Part shown: piece by piece, positions 8,531-16,718 of the stretch | Layout: each line of letters begins with the position of its first letter | Position numbering within the stretch: position 1 is the first letter of the stretch | Assembly (NCBI GenBank): GCA_038320275.1 | Contig: JBBQEB010000073.1 | Coordinates: 1-17,706, forward strand | From: Myxococcales bacterium | GTDB lineage: Bacteria; Myxococcota; Myxococcia; Myxococcales; Anaeromyxobacteraceae | DNA: 17,706 bases | Direction of reading: 5' to 3' | The notes under the pieces: generated by a model | Told to the model about the DNA's origin: nothing | The model's input: only the letters and a program-made list of their open reading frames with translations | Databases searched by the model: none | Position numbers and translations under genes: made by a program

Positions 8531-9241
8531 GTGCGATCTCCTCCTCCAGCATCCTTCACGGTGGCGGCGCGGTTGGGAGCGCTCCTCCTCCTGACCGCCG
8601 GCCTTCCACAGGCCACCGCGCGCGCGGCGGGACCGCGGACCGAGGCGGACCGCACCTTCTACGCTGTGGGCGTGAACGTCGCGCGGCGACTGCGCGTGTT
8701 CGACCTCTCGCCGGCCGAGCTGAAGGTCGTCCAGCGCGGTCTCGAGGACGCGGTGCGCGGTTCGCCTGCGCTCGATCCGCGCGCGTACTCCGCCGCCATC
8801 GACAAGCTCGCGTCGGCGCGGACGAAGGGCCCAGCCTCGCGACAGAAGGACAAGGCCGCGAGCTTCCTCGCCTCCGCGGCCCGGGAGAAGGGCGCGGTCA
8901 GGACCGCCTCCGGCCTCGTGTACCGGGAGCTGCGGGCGGGCACCGGGCCGGCGGCCCAGGCCTCCGACCTCGTCACGGTACGTTACACGGCGTCGCTCGC
9001 CGACGGCACCGTTTACGACAGCACCGACAAGCGCGGGAAGCCGCTCACCGTCCGCCTGGACGAGGTGATGCGCTGCTGGAACGAGGGTGTGCCGCGCATG
9101 AAGGTGGGCGGGCGTGCCCGGCTCGTCTGCCCCTCCGAGCTCACCTACGGCGACGCCGGGCGCGAGCCGAGCGTCCCCGGCGGGGCCGCGGTGGCGTTCG
9201 ACGTGGAGCTGCTCCGCATCGGGGCGAGCCCGACGAAGTGA
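8531..9241 (+). CDS. FKBP-type peptidyl-prolyl cis-trans isomerase (FkpA/Mip-like, exported)
   Basis: TASGLVY, VTVRYTASLADGTVYDS, VMRCWNEG, LVCPSELTYG and FDVELL. GGAGG RBS at 8522-8526 before GTG 8531. Signal peptide present. Confidence 0.92.
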   Translation: MRSPPPASFTVAARLGALLLLTAGLPQATARAAGPRTEADRTFYAVGVNVARRLRVFDLSPAELKVVQRGLEDAVRGSPALDPRAYSAAIDKLASARTKGPASRQKDKAASFLASAAREKGAVRTASGLVYRELRAGTGPAAQASDLVTVRYTASLADGTVYDSTDKRGKPLTVRLDEVMRCWNEGVPRMKVGGRARLVCPSELTYGDAGREPSVPGGAAVAFDVELLRIGASPTK

Positions 9242-9286
9242 GCGGGCGGCGCTCCGCCGGCACCCGACCCCGAGCGCCACGAACCG

Positions 9287-10069
9287 TCAGCCCGCCGCGA
9301 CGATGCGCAGCGGAGCTCCGTCCCTGAACACTGCGAGCTCCCCGGGAGAGAGCGAGGTCCAGCTCTCGTTGTCGGTGAGGGGATGGGTGGCAATGACCGC
9401 CACGCGATCGTCGGGGCCGGTGCAGGTCCCGAAATCGAGCGCCACGTCGGCATCGACGAGGTGCGCGGGGCCGAAGGGCGCCTGCCGCACGATGTAGTGC
9501 AGCCGCGTCGAGCAGTGCGCGAACAGATGCTCTCCGTCGGAGAGAAGGTAGTTGAAGGAGCCCCGACGGCGCAGGCGCTCCGTCGCCCGAGCGAGCGTGG
9601 CGTGGAGGATCGGGAGAGGCGGCTTCCCCGCCGGGAACTGGGCGTGCAGCTCCTCCAGCAGGGAGCAGAATGCGCCTTCGCTGTCGGTCCCGCCGACCGG
9701 CTGGAAGAGGGTTCCCGGTCTGTCGTCTGGACCGTCGAGGGTCCCGTTGTGGGCGAAGGCCCAGTAACGGCCCCACAACTCGCGCCGGAACGGGTGGCAG
9801 TTCTCGAGCGCGACCTCGCCGCGCGTCGCCTTGCGGATGTGCGCGACGACGTTCGTCGCGCGGATCGGATGGCGCCGCACCAGCTCCGCCACGGGAGAGG
9901 AGCAGGCGGGAAGGGCGTCGTGGAAGGTTCGGCAGCCCCGCCCCTCGAAGAACGCGATCCCCCAACCGTCGGCGTGAACGTCGGTCGCGCCGCCGCGCTC
10001 GGCGAACCCGGAGAACGAGAAGCAGATGTCGGTCGGGACGTTGCAGCTCATCCCGAGGAGCTGGCACAT
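9287..10069 (-). CDS. yafJ: Class II glutamine amidotransferase, YafJ family
   Basis: MCQLLGMSCNVPTDICFSF, HADGWGIAF, AHIRKAT, ENCHPF, FAHNG and GTDSE. N-terminal nucleophile Cys2. Confidence 0.92.
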   Translation of the reverse strand: MCQLLGMSCNVPTDICFSFSGFAERGGATDVHADGWGIAFFEGRGCRTFHDALPACSSPVAELVRRHPIRATNVVAHIRKATRGEVALENCHPFRRELWGRYWAFAHNGTLDGPDDRPGTLFQPVGGTDSEGAFCSLLEELHAQFPAGKPPLPILHATLARATERLRRRGSFNYLLSDGEHLFAHCSTRLHYIVRQAPFGPAHLVDADVALDFGTCTGPDDRVAVIATHPLTDNESWTSLSPGELAVFRDGAPLRIVAAG

Positions 10070-10194
10070 GGGGGTTCCGGTCTCTCCCGCAGGGCCTCAC
10101 CACCGCCCTGCGCGCGGCGTCCAAGATAACGGATGCACCCGCCGGCCACAACGCGCGTGCTGCGACCGAGGCGTGCGCCCGCCCCCAGCGCCCG

Positions 10195-10662
10195 TCAGCT
10201 CTCGCCCGGTCCGGTGCCGGAGAGCGCCTCCCCGGAGGTCGCGATCGCCGCCAGGAGGGCAGGGATCCGGGGTGGCTTCGTCATGTGCTCGTCGAACCCG
10301 GCCGCGCGCGCTTGCTCGAGGTCCCCCTCGCTTGCGTAGCCGGTGAGCGCGATCAGCCGGGTGGACCGGAGCGCCTCCATCCGGCGAAGGGCGCGCGCAA
10401 CGGCGAACCCGTCCATGTCGGGCAGACCGATGTCGCAGAGCACGGCGTCGGGGACGAGCTCGCGAGCCTTCTCGATCCCGGACAGCCCGCTCCCCGCCAG
10501 GTGGACGAGGTGACCCTCGAGCTCCAGCAGCTCGCCGATGGAGGCGGCTGCGTCCGGGTTGTCCTCGATGATGAGCACGCTCTTGCCGCACGGCCCACGC
10601 CGGGGTGAGGCATGCGATCCGGCGCCCTCGGCCCGAGCTGCGAGTGGGAGGGTCACGGCCAT
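10195..10662 (-). CDS. Single-domain response regulator (receiver)
   Basis: VLIIEDN, CDIGLPDMDG (phospho-Asp), ALTGY and HMTKP. C-terminal part of track ORF 10195..12249. Start at 10662 is tentative. Confidence 0.88.
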   Translation of the reverse strand: MAVTLPLAARAEGAGSHASPRRGPCGKSVLIIEDNPDAAASIGELLELEGHLVHLAGSGLSGIEKARELVPDAVLCDIGLPDMDGFAVARALRRMEALRSTRLIALTGYASEGDLEQARAAGFDEHMTKPPRIPALLAAIATSGEALSGTGPGES

Positions 10663-10715
10663 CAACCTGCCCCCGAGAGACGGGCGAGTCCAGCGCAAGA
10701 GGCGCGGAGCCCCGA

Positions 10716-12296
10716 TCAGTGGCCTGCCGGCGCCGCGCCGCGCTGGATCCTGCGGGTGAGGAACACCAGCGGCACCATGCACGCAGCGAAGATGCCGAAG
10801 AGGTAGAGCACGTCGAGGTAGGCGAGCGTCTGCGCCTGTTGCGCGAGTTGCCGGGAGATGGCCCCGTAGGCCTGGCGCGTGGCGTCGGACGCCGAGGCTC
10901 CGGCGCGACCCATGACCGCGGTGAGGGAGTCGAGGCGCGCGCGGAGCGCGGGGTTGCCTCCGTCCAGCCGCTCGACGAGGCGCGACTGGTGGAACTGCGA
11001 GCGGCGCGCGACGAGGGTCGTGACGAGCGCGATGCCGATGTCCCCGCCCATGTTGCGCGACAAATTCACGATGCCGGAGACGGCGTTGTTCTTCCCCGGG
11101 GGCGCCGTCGCGTAAACGAGCGTGTTGATAGGCACGAACAGGAAGGCGAACCCCACCGATTGGTAGACGCGGAGCATGATGGCCGTCCTGAAGTCCATGC
11201 CCGGGTAGAGGGTGCGCGACATGTAGAAGAGCGACGCCGACAGCACGGCGAACCCGAACGCGATGAGGTAGCGCGGCTGATATTTCGAGACGAGAAAACC
11301 CACCAGCGGCAAGAGCACGATCACCACCAGACCGCCGGGAGAGAGCGCCATCCCCGCGTCCTGTGCCGACCACCCCATCCAGACCTGCGTGTACTGGGGA
11401 AGCAACACGGTGGACCCGAAGAGCGAGATGCCGAGCGTCAACATGAGCACGTTCGCCACCGCGAAGCTCCCGTTCTTGAAGAGCCGCACCTCGACGATGG
11501 GTTGCTCCTGGCGCAGCTCCCAGACGATGAAGGCCACCAGGGCGACCGCGGCGATCACGCAGAAGAGGACGATGAAGCGCGAGGCGAACCAGTCCTCTTC
11601 CTGGCCCTTGTCGAGCACGAGCTCGAGGGCCCCGAGACCGAGCGCCACCAGCGAGAATCCGATGTAGTCGATGGAGCCGACGCGCTTCTTCGCCTCGACG
11701 AGGTAGGGCGGATCCACCACCACGCGGCTCGAGAGCAGCATCGAGAGGAGGCCCACCGGGATGTTGATGAAGAAGACCCACCGCCAGCCGAAGTTGTCGG
11801 TGATGAAGCCGCCCAGCGTCGGCCCGATGGCCGGCGCGAGCACCACCGCCATCCCGTAGACCGCGAAGGCCATCCCGCGCTTCCGCGCGGGGAAGGTGTC
11901 GGCCAGGATGGCTTGCTCGCTGGGGCCGAGCCCGCCGCCCCCGAGCCCCTGGAGCACGCGGAAGAAGACCAGCGCGGGAAGGTTGGGAGCGAAGCCACAC
12001 AGGGCCGAGCTCACCGTGAAGATGGCGACGCAGGTGATGTAGAAGCGCTTCCGCCCGAAGCGGGTCGAGAACCAGCCGCTCACCGGCAGGATGATGGCGT
12101 TCGCGACGAGGTACGAGGTGAGGACCCAGGTGCTCTCGTCCTGGCTCACCGAGAGATTGCCGGCGATGTGGGGCAGCGAGACGTTGGCGATGCTCGTGTC
12201 GAGCACCTCCATGAACGTCGCCAACGTCACGACCAGCGCGACGGTCCACGGGTTGTGACCCCCCGTGAACCCACCGTCCTCGGGGCGCGGCGTCAC
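10716..12296 (-). CDS. emrB: DHA2 family MFS multidrug efflux permease, EmrB/QacA
   Basis: FMEVLDTSIANV, WVLTSYLVANAI, RFGRKR, RVLQGLGGG, APAIGPTLGG and WRWVFFINIPVG. GTGA overlap with the upstream emrA. Confidence 0.95.
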   Translation of the reverse strand: MTPRPEDGGFTGGHNPWTVALVVTLATFMEVLDTSIANVSLPHIAGNLSVSQDESTWVLTSYLVANAIILPVSGWFSTRFGRKRFYITCVAIFTVSSALCGFAPNLPALVFFRVLQGLGGGGLGPSEQAILADTFPARKRGMAFAVYGMAVVLAPAIGPTLGGFITDNFGWRWVFFINIPVGLLSMLLSSRVVVDPPYLVEAKKRVGSIDYIGFSLVALGLGALELVLDKGQEEDWFASRFIVLFCVIAAVALVAFIVWELRQEQPIVEVRLFKNGSFAVANVLMLTLGISLFGSTVLLPQYTQVWMGWSAQDAGMALSPGGLVVIVLLPLVGFLVSKYQPRYLIAFGFAVLSASLFYMSRTLYPGMDFRTAIMLRVYQSVGFAFLFVPINTLVYATAPPGKNNAVSGIVNLSRNMGGDIGIALVTTLVARRSQFHQSRLVERLDGGNPALRARLDSLTAVMGRAGASASDATRQAYGAISRQLAQQAQTLAYLDVLYLFGIFAACMVPLVFLTRRIQRGAAPAGH

Positions 12297-13513
12297 CGCA
12301 CCTTCACCGAAGGCTCGGCCGACATTCCGGGGCGCAGCCGCTCCATGTCGGGCTGGCCGGCTTCCAGACGGATGCGGACCGGCACGCGCTGGACCACCTT
12401 GACGTAGTTGCCGCTCGCGTTCTCTGGAGGCATCAGGCTGTAGCGGGAGCCCGTCGCGCCGGCGAAGCTCTCCACGACGCCGCGGTAATCGCGCGAGACG
12501 GCGTCCACGTGGACCTCCACGGGCTGGCCGGCGCGCATGTGCTCGATCTGCGTCTCGCGGAAGTTGGCGGTCACCCAGAGCTCTCCCGTCTGCGTGAGCG
12601 CCATGAGCTGCTGCCCGGGCTGGACGCGGTCGCCCACGTTCACCGACTTGCGGCCGATGACGCCATCGGCCGCCGCGCGCACCTTGGCGTAGCCCACGTT
12701 GAGCTCGGCCTGGTGCAGCTGGGCCTCGGCGAGCTCGAGGTTCGCGCGCCGGAGATCGAGGTTGGCCTCGCGCGAGACGAGCTGCCGGGGGGCGTTCTGC
12801 TCCGTCTCGCGCTGGCGGGTGAGGGCGGTGGCAAAGCGGGTCTTGCGGGCGCCCAGGCGCGCGCGCGCGGCCTGCACCGTGGCGCGGGAGACGTCCGCCG
12901 CCGCGGCGCGCTGGTCGAAGTCAGCCTGGGAGATGCTGGAACCGGCGAGGAGCTGCCGCGCCCGTCCGAGCTGGAGCTGCGCCAGCTTGTCGTTGGCCTC
13001 CGCCTGCTCCAGCTCGCGCTGCGATGCGGCCGCTTCCGCGCGCGCGTTCTCGACGTCCGACTGCGCGCTGCGAAGAGCTGCCTGGTTGCTCGTCTGCGTG
13101 ATCTGGACGCTGGGGGAGTCGGTGGAGACGCCGGCCTTGGCCTGCTCCAGGCCCGCGCGAGCCTGGGCCAGGCTGACCCCCAGGTCGGCGGTGTCGAGCT
13201 CGACCAGCACCTCGCCCGCCTTGACAGCCTGGTTGTCGACGACGTGAACCGCCGCGACCGAGCCGGACACGCGCGCGCTCACCGCGCCGATGTTCCCGTC
13301 GATCTGCGCGTCGTCGGTGTCCTCGTAGTGGCGCGCGTGCAGCCACCACGCCAGCGCCACCACCGCGACCACCCCCACGCCGGCAGCGATGCGGACCTTG
13401 GTGAGGCGCCGGGCGGGTGGGGGTGCCGCCGCATCCGGACCGCGCGGAGGCGGCGGCCCCTGCTCGCCCCGGGCCGCGGCAGTCCTGGTCTGGTCGTCCT
13501 GCGCCTCCGCCAT
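12293..13513 (-). CDS. emrA: HlyD/EmrA family membrane fusion protein
   Basis: N-terminal TM, TDDAQIDG, VVDNQAVKAGEVL, ANFRETQ and PPENASGNYVKVVQRVPVRI. Confidence 0.95.
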   Translation of the reverse strand: MAEAQDDQTRTAAARGEQGPPPPRGPDAAAPPPARRLTKVRIAAGVGVVAVVALAWWLHARHYEDTDDAQIDGNIGAVSARVSGSVAAVHVVDNQAVKAGEVLVELDTADLGVSLAQARAGLEQAKAGVSTDSPSVQITQTSNQAALRSAQSDVENARAEAAASQRELEQAEANDKLAQLQLGRARQLLAGSSISQADFDQRAAAADVSRATVQAARARLGARKTRFATALTRQRETEQNAPRQLVSREANLDLRRANLELAEAQLHQAELNVGYAKVRAAADGVIGRKSVNVGDRVQPGQQLMALTQTGELWVTANFRETQIEHMRAGQPVEVHVDAVSRDYRGVVESFAGATGSRYSLMPPENASGNYVKVVQRVPVRIRLEAGQPDMERLRPGMSAEPSVKVR

Positions 13514-13623
13514 CGCGCACCCCTGCGCGCCTCGCCAAGCTGCGCCCGCACAGCGCGGGAAATCCAGCCTGATCGGCGCGCAATCTCATCGCGGGAGGGT
13601 CTGCTCCCGCAAAGCCCGGCACA

Positions 13624-15675
13624 CTAACGGCAAGGCGGGCCGCGCTCCAGCGGTTCTGGAGGCGCTGCGTCGGCGCGGCGCCGTCCCGTACGCGCCGGGA
13701 GCCTCCCCGGGCGTCTTCTATCGATCCAACGCCGTGAACTGCACCGCCCCGGGCTGGGGCTGCCGGAGCCCCAGGCCTTCGTCTCGAAGAGCAGCACCAG
13801 GTTGCTCAGCGGGAAGCCGAGCGACGCGTCCGGAACGCTCCATCGCTGGGTCCAGTTCGCGCCGTCCGCGGACGTCTCCCAGTACGTCGTGCCGGACGCC
13901 TCGCGGATGCGCCAGGAGGCGTGGTTCGCCGCGGAGTACGGGACGCTCGTGCCGTGCCAGGTGCCGTTCGACGAGTAGATGAAGTAGAGCGTGCCCCACT
14001 CGACGTCGAAGCCGACGGCGTTCGACCACGGGTCGGAGGGTGGACCCACGGTGAATCGAGCATTCACGTTGCCGCTGTTCACGACCCGGGGCACCTGCAC
14101 GTGGAAGTTCGAGCCGGCGAGGGAGTACGTGCTGTTGCTCTGCACGTGAACTCCAGCCGCGCCGGTACCAGCCTGCGGCGTGAGCGTGAGGACGCCGCCG
14201 CCCACCGCGTAGGAGCTCCCCGTCGAGTCGACCCATCCGCTCCATAGCGAGGAGAGCCCGGGGCCATTGAAGGGGTCCTGCGGGCCACTGCTGGGTGAAG
14301 GCGAAGGCGGTGGCGGGGGTGGAGGTGACGGATTAGGCGACGGCGGGGGGGGAGGTGACGGCGGCGGTGACGGCGGCTGCGGCGGCGGGGCATTCGCGAT
14401 GGACCCCTGGGCCACGCGGAGATCGACGCCCCATGCCCCTGGATCCCCCTGGCCGAACGCGCACGGGAAGGTCGAGGAGCCGGCACTCATCCGCTCGGGC
14501 GAAGTGGGGTAGAGCTTCGCGGCGTACGCGGAGTCGATGGACTGATAGGAGCCGAACCCGGCGCCCAGCCGGTAGGAGCGCAGCTCGTAGTTCGCGCCCG
14601 TGGAAAGGAGCCCATTGAGGCAGACGTAGAGGTCGCCGCCGGCGAGCGTGATGGCGGGCTGCTCGGCCCAGTCTCCCCGCGGCCCGACGGCCTGCTTCCC
14701 TCCGAAGCCCCACCCGTCATAGTGCCGGTAGTAGACCTGCTGCTGGTCGGCCGGCCCGACGTATTCCTTGTACACGAGGTGAAGTCCGCCGGACCCGTCC
14801 GCCACCGCGTTGAGCGCGGCCCCGTGATAGATGTGCGCGCCGTCCGGGAAGGCGTTGGAGATGTCCGACCAGCTCGAGATCGGGTCGGAGTCGTTCCGGC
14901 TCATCATCTTCGCCGGGTCGAGCGCGTAGCCGCTCCACAGCATGAGCAGCTTCGAGCCGACGCTGACGAGGCGCCCGCCCCCGAGCTGGCCCCAGAGCGT
15001 CGTGAGCGTGCTGGGCGAGCCGAAGCTGCCGCCTCCGTCGGTGCTCGTCCAGACCTGCAGCGCGTCCGAGCCGCAGGACCTCCCCGGCGCCGGGCAGGAG
15101 CCGTCGCGCAGGAACGCCTGCACCCAGAGGCGCCCCCAGGAGTCGCGGGCGAGCTCGGCGCGGTGGTAGGCCTGATTCCACCCCGGCCACGCGATCTGGA
15201 CCAGCGTCCCGGGGTTCCAGTTGCCGGGCTCGTCGTACCACCACCACTGGAAATACACCGCCCGGCGTGAGTCCCAACCATCGGCGGGGAAGCCGGTGTT
15301 GGTGGTGTCGTAGGAGTAGACCGCGGCGACGTCGTTACCGACCGTGATGAGGTCCGCCGTCATGTGCAGCGTCGACGGGCGCAGAGACCCGTCCGTCACG
15401 CTGAGAACCGGCTTGTAGTACCGCCAGCTCCCGCCCCCGTCGTCGCTGCGGTACAGGACGAGTCCCGCCGAGGCCGGCCAGCTCGCGTACCCGTCGTTCT
15501 GGACCGTGAGGAGCAGCGTCGGGCTGCGCCCTCCCGGCGCGACCTGCACCATGTGCCGCTGCGCCGGAGTGGAGAGCCCGTAGACGTTGCCGACGACACC
15601 CACCTCGCTGGTGGCCTGGGCCTGGGTCGCGAAGGCGACCGCGAAGGCAACTGCGAACGGCGCTCGGGTGCTCAT
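13624..15675 (-). CDS. Secreted modular protein: Asp-box (BNR/sialidase-like) propeller, Pro-rich linker, C-terminal beta-sandwich; probable frameshift near 13750 (true stop likely 13718)
   Basis: Signal peptide MSTRAPFAVAFAVAFATQAQA with GAGGAG RBS. Asp-boxes SDDGGGSW, STDGGGSF and SADGANW. Poly-Pro/Ser linker at about 14293-14392. Trp/Tyr/Ser-rich. Confidence 0.8.
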   Translation of the reverse strand: MSTRAPFAVAFAVAFATQAQATSEVGVVGNVYGLSTPAQRHMVQVAPGGRSPTLLLTVQNDGYASWPASAGLVLYRSDDGGGSWRYYKPVLSVTDGSLRPSTLHMTADLITVGNDVAAVYSYDTTNTGFPADGWDSRRAVYFQWWWYDEPGNWNPGTLVQIAWPGWNQAYHRAELARDSWGRLWVQAFLRDGSCPAPGRSCGSDALQVWTSTDGGGSFGSPSTLTTLWGQLGGGRLVSVGSKLLMLWSGYALDPAKMMSRNDSDPISSWSDISNAFPDGAHIYHGAALNAVADGSGGLHLVYKEYVGPADQQQVYYRHYDGWGFGGKQAVGPRGDWAEQPAITLAGGDLYVCLNGLLSTGANYELRSYRLGAGFGSYQSIDSAYAAKLYPTSPERMSAGSSTFPCAFGQGDPGAWGVDLRVAQGSIANAPPPQPPSPPPSPPPPPSPNPSPPPPPPPSPSPSSGPQDPFNGPGLSSLWSGWVDSTGSSYAVGGGVLTLTPQAGTGAAGVHVQSNSTYSLAGSNFHVQVPRVVNSGNVNARFTVGPPSDPWSNAVGFDVEWGTLYFIYSSNGTWHGTSVPYSAANHASWRIREASGTTYWETSADGANWTQRWSVPDASLGFPLSNLVLLFETKAWGSGSPSPGRCSSRRWIDRRRPGRLPARTGRRRADAAPPEPLERGPPCR

Positions 15676-15917
15676 GCGCGAGACTCCTCGGCGAGCGGCG
15701 AACGTCGGGTGCCGCCAGCGTGGAGTAAGGATATGCCCGATATCGGCGCTCAGGCGGGGGAGGCCCCATGGAGTGGAGGGCTCGGGTCTGGTGGGAACGG
15801 TCGACTCCCCGTGAGGGACCGTCGAGCCGGGTCGGGGCTGGTCGTGGTTCCCCATGCGGCTCCGCCCGGCCGGACCAGCTCCTTGACCCTATCCGCCCAT
15901 ACGCTCACGCTGGCAGC

Positions 15918-15977
15918 ATGGGTGAAGGGGTCCGCAAGATCACGGTGAACGCGCCGGCTTCGATCCTCGAGAGCGCG
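15918..15977 (+). pseudogene. Possible 5' remnant of a ribbon-helix-helix type II antitoxin
   Basis: MGEGVRKITVNAPASILESA resembles the RKITVxVPxxLLExA start of RHH antitoxins, and similarity ends after 20 codons. Preceded by TTGACC-N17-CACGCT. Confidence 0.4.
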
Positions 15978-16112
15978 TCCTGGGGCTGCTCCAGGGGTTC
16001 GGGGCACCGGGGCCGCGACTCATCGGGTCGAGGGACGCGACGCGCGGTAACCCCTCGCCGTGGCTGGCTTCGGCGAAGGCCCAAGCTCCCGATTCGGGTA
16101 CACTCCGCGGCC

Positions 16113-16256
16113 ATGTCCTCCACGCCTTCCGCGAACGGCGACGCACCCGCGACCGCCCCGAGCGGTCGAGCCTTCACCGGCTTCTCGGAGATCGCGAACT
16201 TCCTCTGGTCCATCGCCGACCTACTCCGCGGCGTCTACAGGCAGGCCGACTACGGG
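16113..16256 (+). pseudogene. hsdM: Type I restriction-modification methyltransferase, N-terminal fragment
   Basis: FSEIANFLWSIADLLRGVYRQADYG is the HsdM N-terminal signature. It breaks off just before the expected xVILPF. Confidence 0.85.
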
Positions 16257-16257
16257 G

Positions 16258-16410
16258 GAGGATCGAGGCGCGTTCGTGGACCGGATGGACAAGAACGCCG
16301 ACATCGCGGCGCGCTCCCTGAATGATCCGGACTTCAGGGCTGTGCTGACCGACTACCTCGTGACGACGGTCCACCGCGACCTGACCGGGGGCGCCCGGCA
16401 GCGCGGCTGA
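16258..16410 (+). pseudogene. hsdR: Type I restriction endonuclease R subunit, C-terminal fragment
   Basis: AFVDRMDKNADIAARSLNDPDFRAVLTDYLVTTVHRDL resembles the HsdR extreme C-terminus (IDRMxxNxxIxxRFLNDxxF). Different frame from the hsdM fragment. Confidence 0.7.
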
Positions 16411-16448
16411 GCGGGCGGGGCCGGGCCGAGCCGCGACCACCCACGAGA

Positions 16449-16479
16449 AGGCCCCACGCGCCGTGGAGCGGTGGGGCCT
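16449..16479 (-). terminator. Hairpin downstream of the tRNA 3' end (probable tRNA terminator)
   Basis: AGGCCCCAC (16449-16457) and GTGGGGCCT (16471-16479) form a perfect 9-bp stem 8 nt after the CCA end. Weak U-tail. Confidence 0.6.
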
Positions 16480-16487
16480 GGGAAACG

Positions 16488-16535
16488 TGGCGCGCGATAC
16501 TGGATTCGAACCAGTGGCCTTCGGCTCCGGAGGCC
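16488..16535 (-). mobile_element. att site: 48-nt 3' fragment of tRNA-Arg(CCG)
   Basis: Minus strand reads GGC-CT-CCG-GA-GCCGA AGGCC ACTGG-TTCGAAT-CCAGT ATCGCGC G CCA: anticodon loop, T-arm, acceptor 3' strand and CCA. No D-arm or 5' acceptor strand upstream. Confidence 0.9.
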
Positions 16536-16581
16536 TGGTTCGGTAACCGGCAGACGGGCGTCGTTAGAGCAGTTTCAGTCG

Positions 16582-16594
16582 TATCAGCAGCTTG
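16582..16594 (+). promoter_or_regulatory. Putative IHF binding site in the att arm
   Basis: TATCAGCAGCTTG matches WATCARNNNNTTR exactly, 46 nt from the tRNA fragment. Confidence 0.6.
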
Positions 16595-16602
16595 CGGGGT
16601 AC

Positions 16603-16636
16603 GAGGTCTCCTCGGGAGTCCACACGAGGAGACCTC
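16603..16636. repeat. Perfect 12-bp inverted repeat
   Basis: GAGGTCTCCTCG (16603-16614), 10-nt spacer, CGAGGAGACCTC (16625-16636). Confidence 0.9.
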
Positions 16637-16718
16637 CATCCCCGCGGGTTGCACACCTTCTGGACACCGCTCCGGTGCGCCGCCAGAGGGCGTACCCGGT
16701 GTGTTAGCCTTCCGCTCC

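Noticed and set aside
10195..12407. 684-aa (-) and 600-aa (+) ORFs over emrB
   Set aside because: Off-frame and antisense shadows of emrB. Only the receiver domain at the end of the 684-aa ORF is real.
13590..13645. c-di-GMP-I (GEMM) riboswitch-like CGCAAAGCC...CTAA...GCGGGCCGC
   Set aside because: Lacks the upstream GGCAAA/GNRA hairpin, and lies on the + strand with no downstream + strand gene.
15780..15856. Nested inverted repeats upstream of the secreted protein gene (possible leader RNA)
   Set aside because: Stems are short (6 bp), expected by chance at this GC content, and match no riboswitch consensus I recognise.
15768..16325. 185-aa ORF as a functional gene
   Set aside because: A chimera of non-coding sequence, an antitoxin-like stub and the hsdM stub that happen to share a frame.
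16488..16565. Intact tRNA-Arg gene
   Set aside because: No 5' acceptor strand or D-arm, and the anticodon stem pairs over only 3 bp. Treated as an att fragment.
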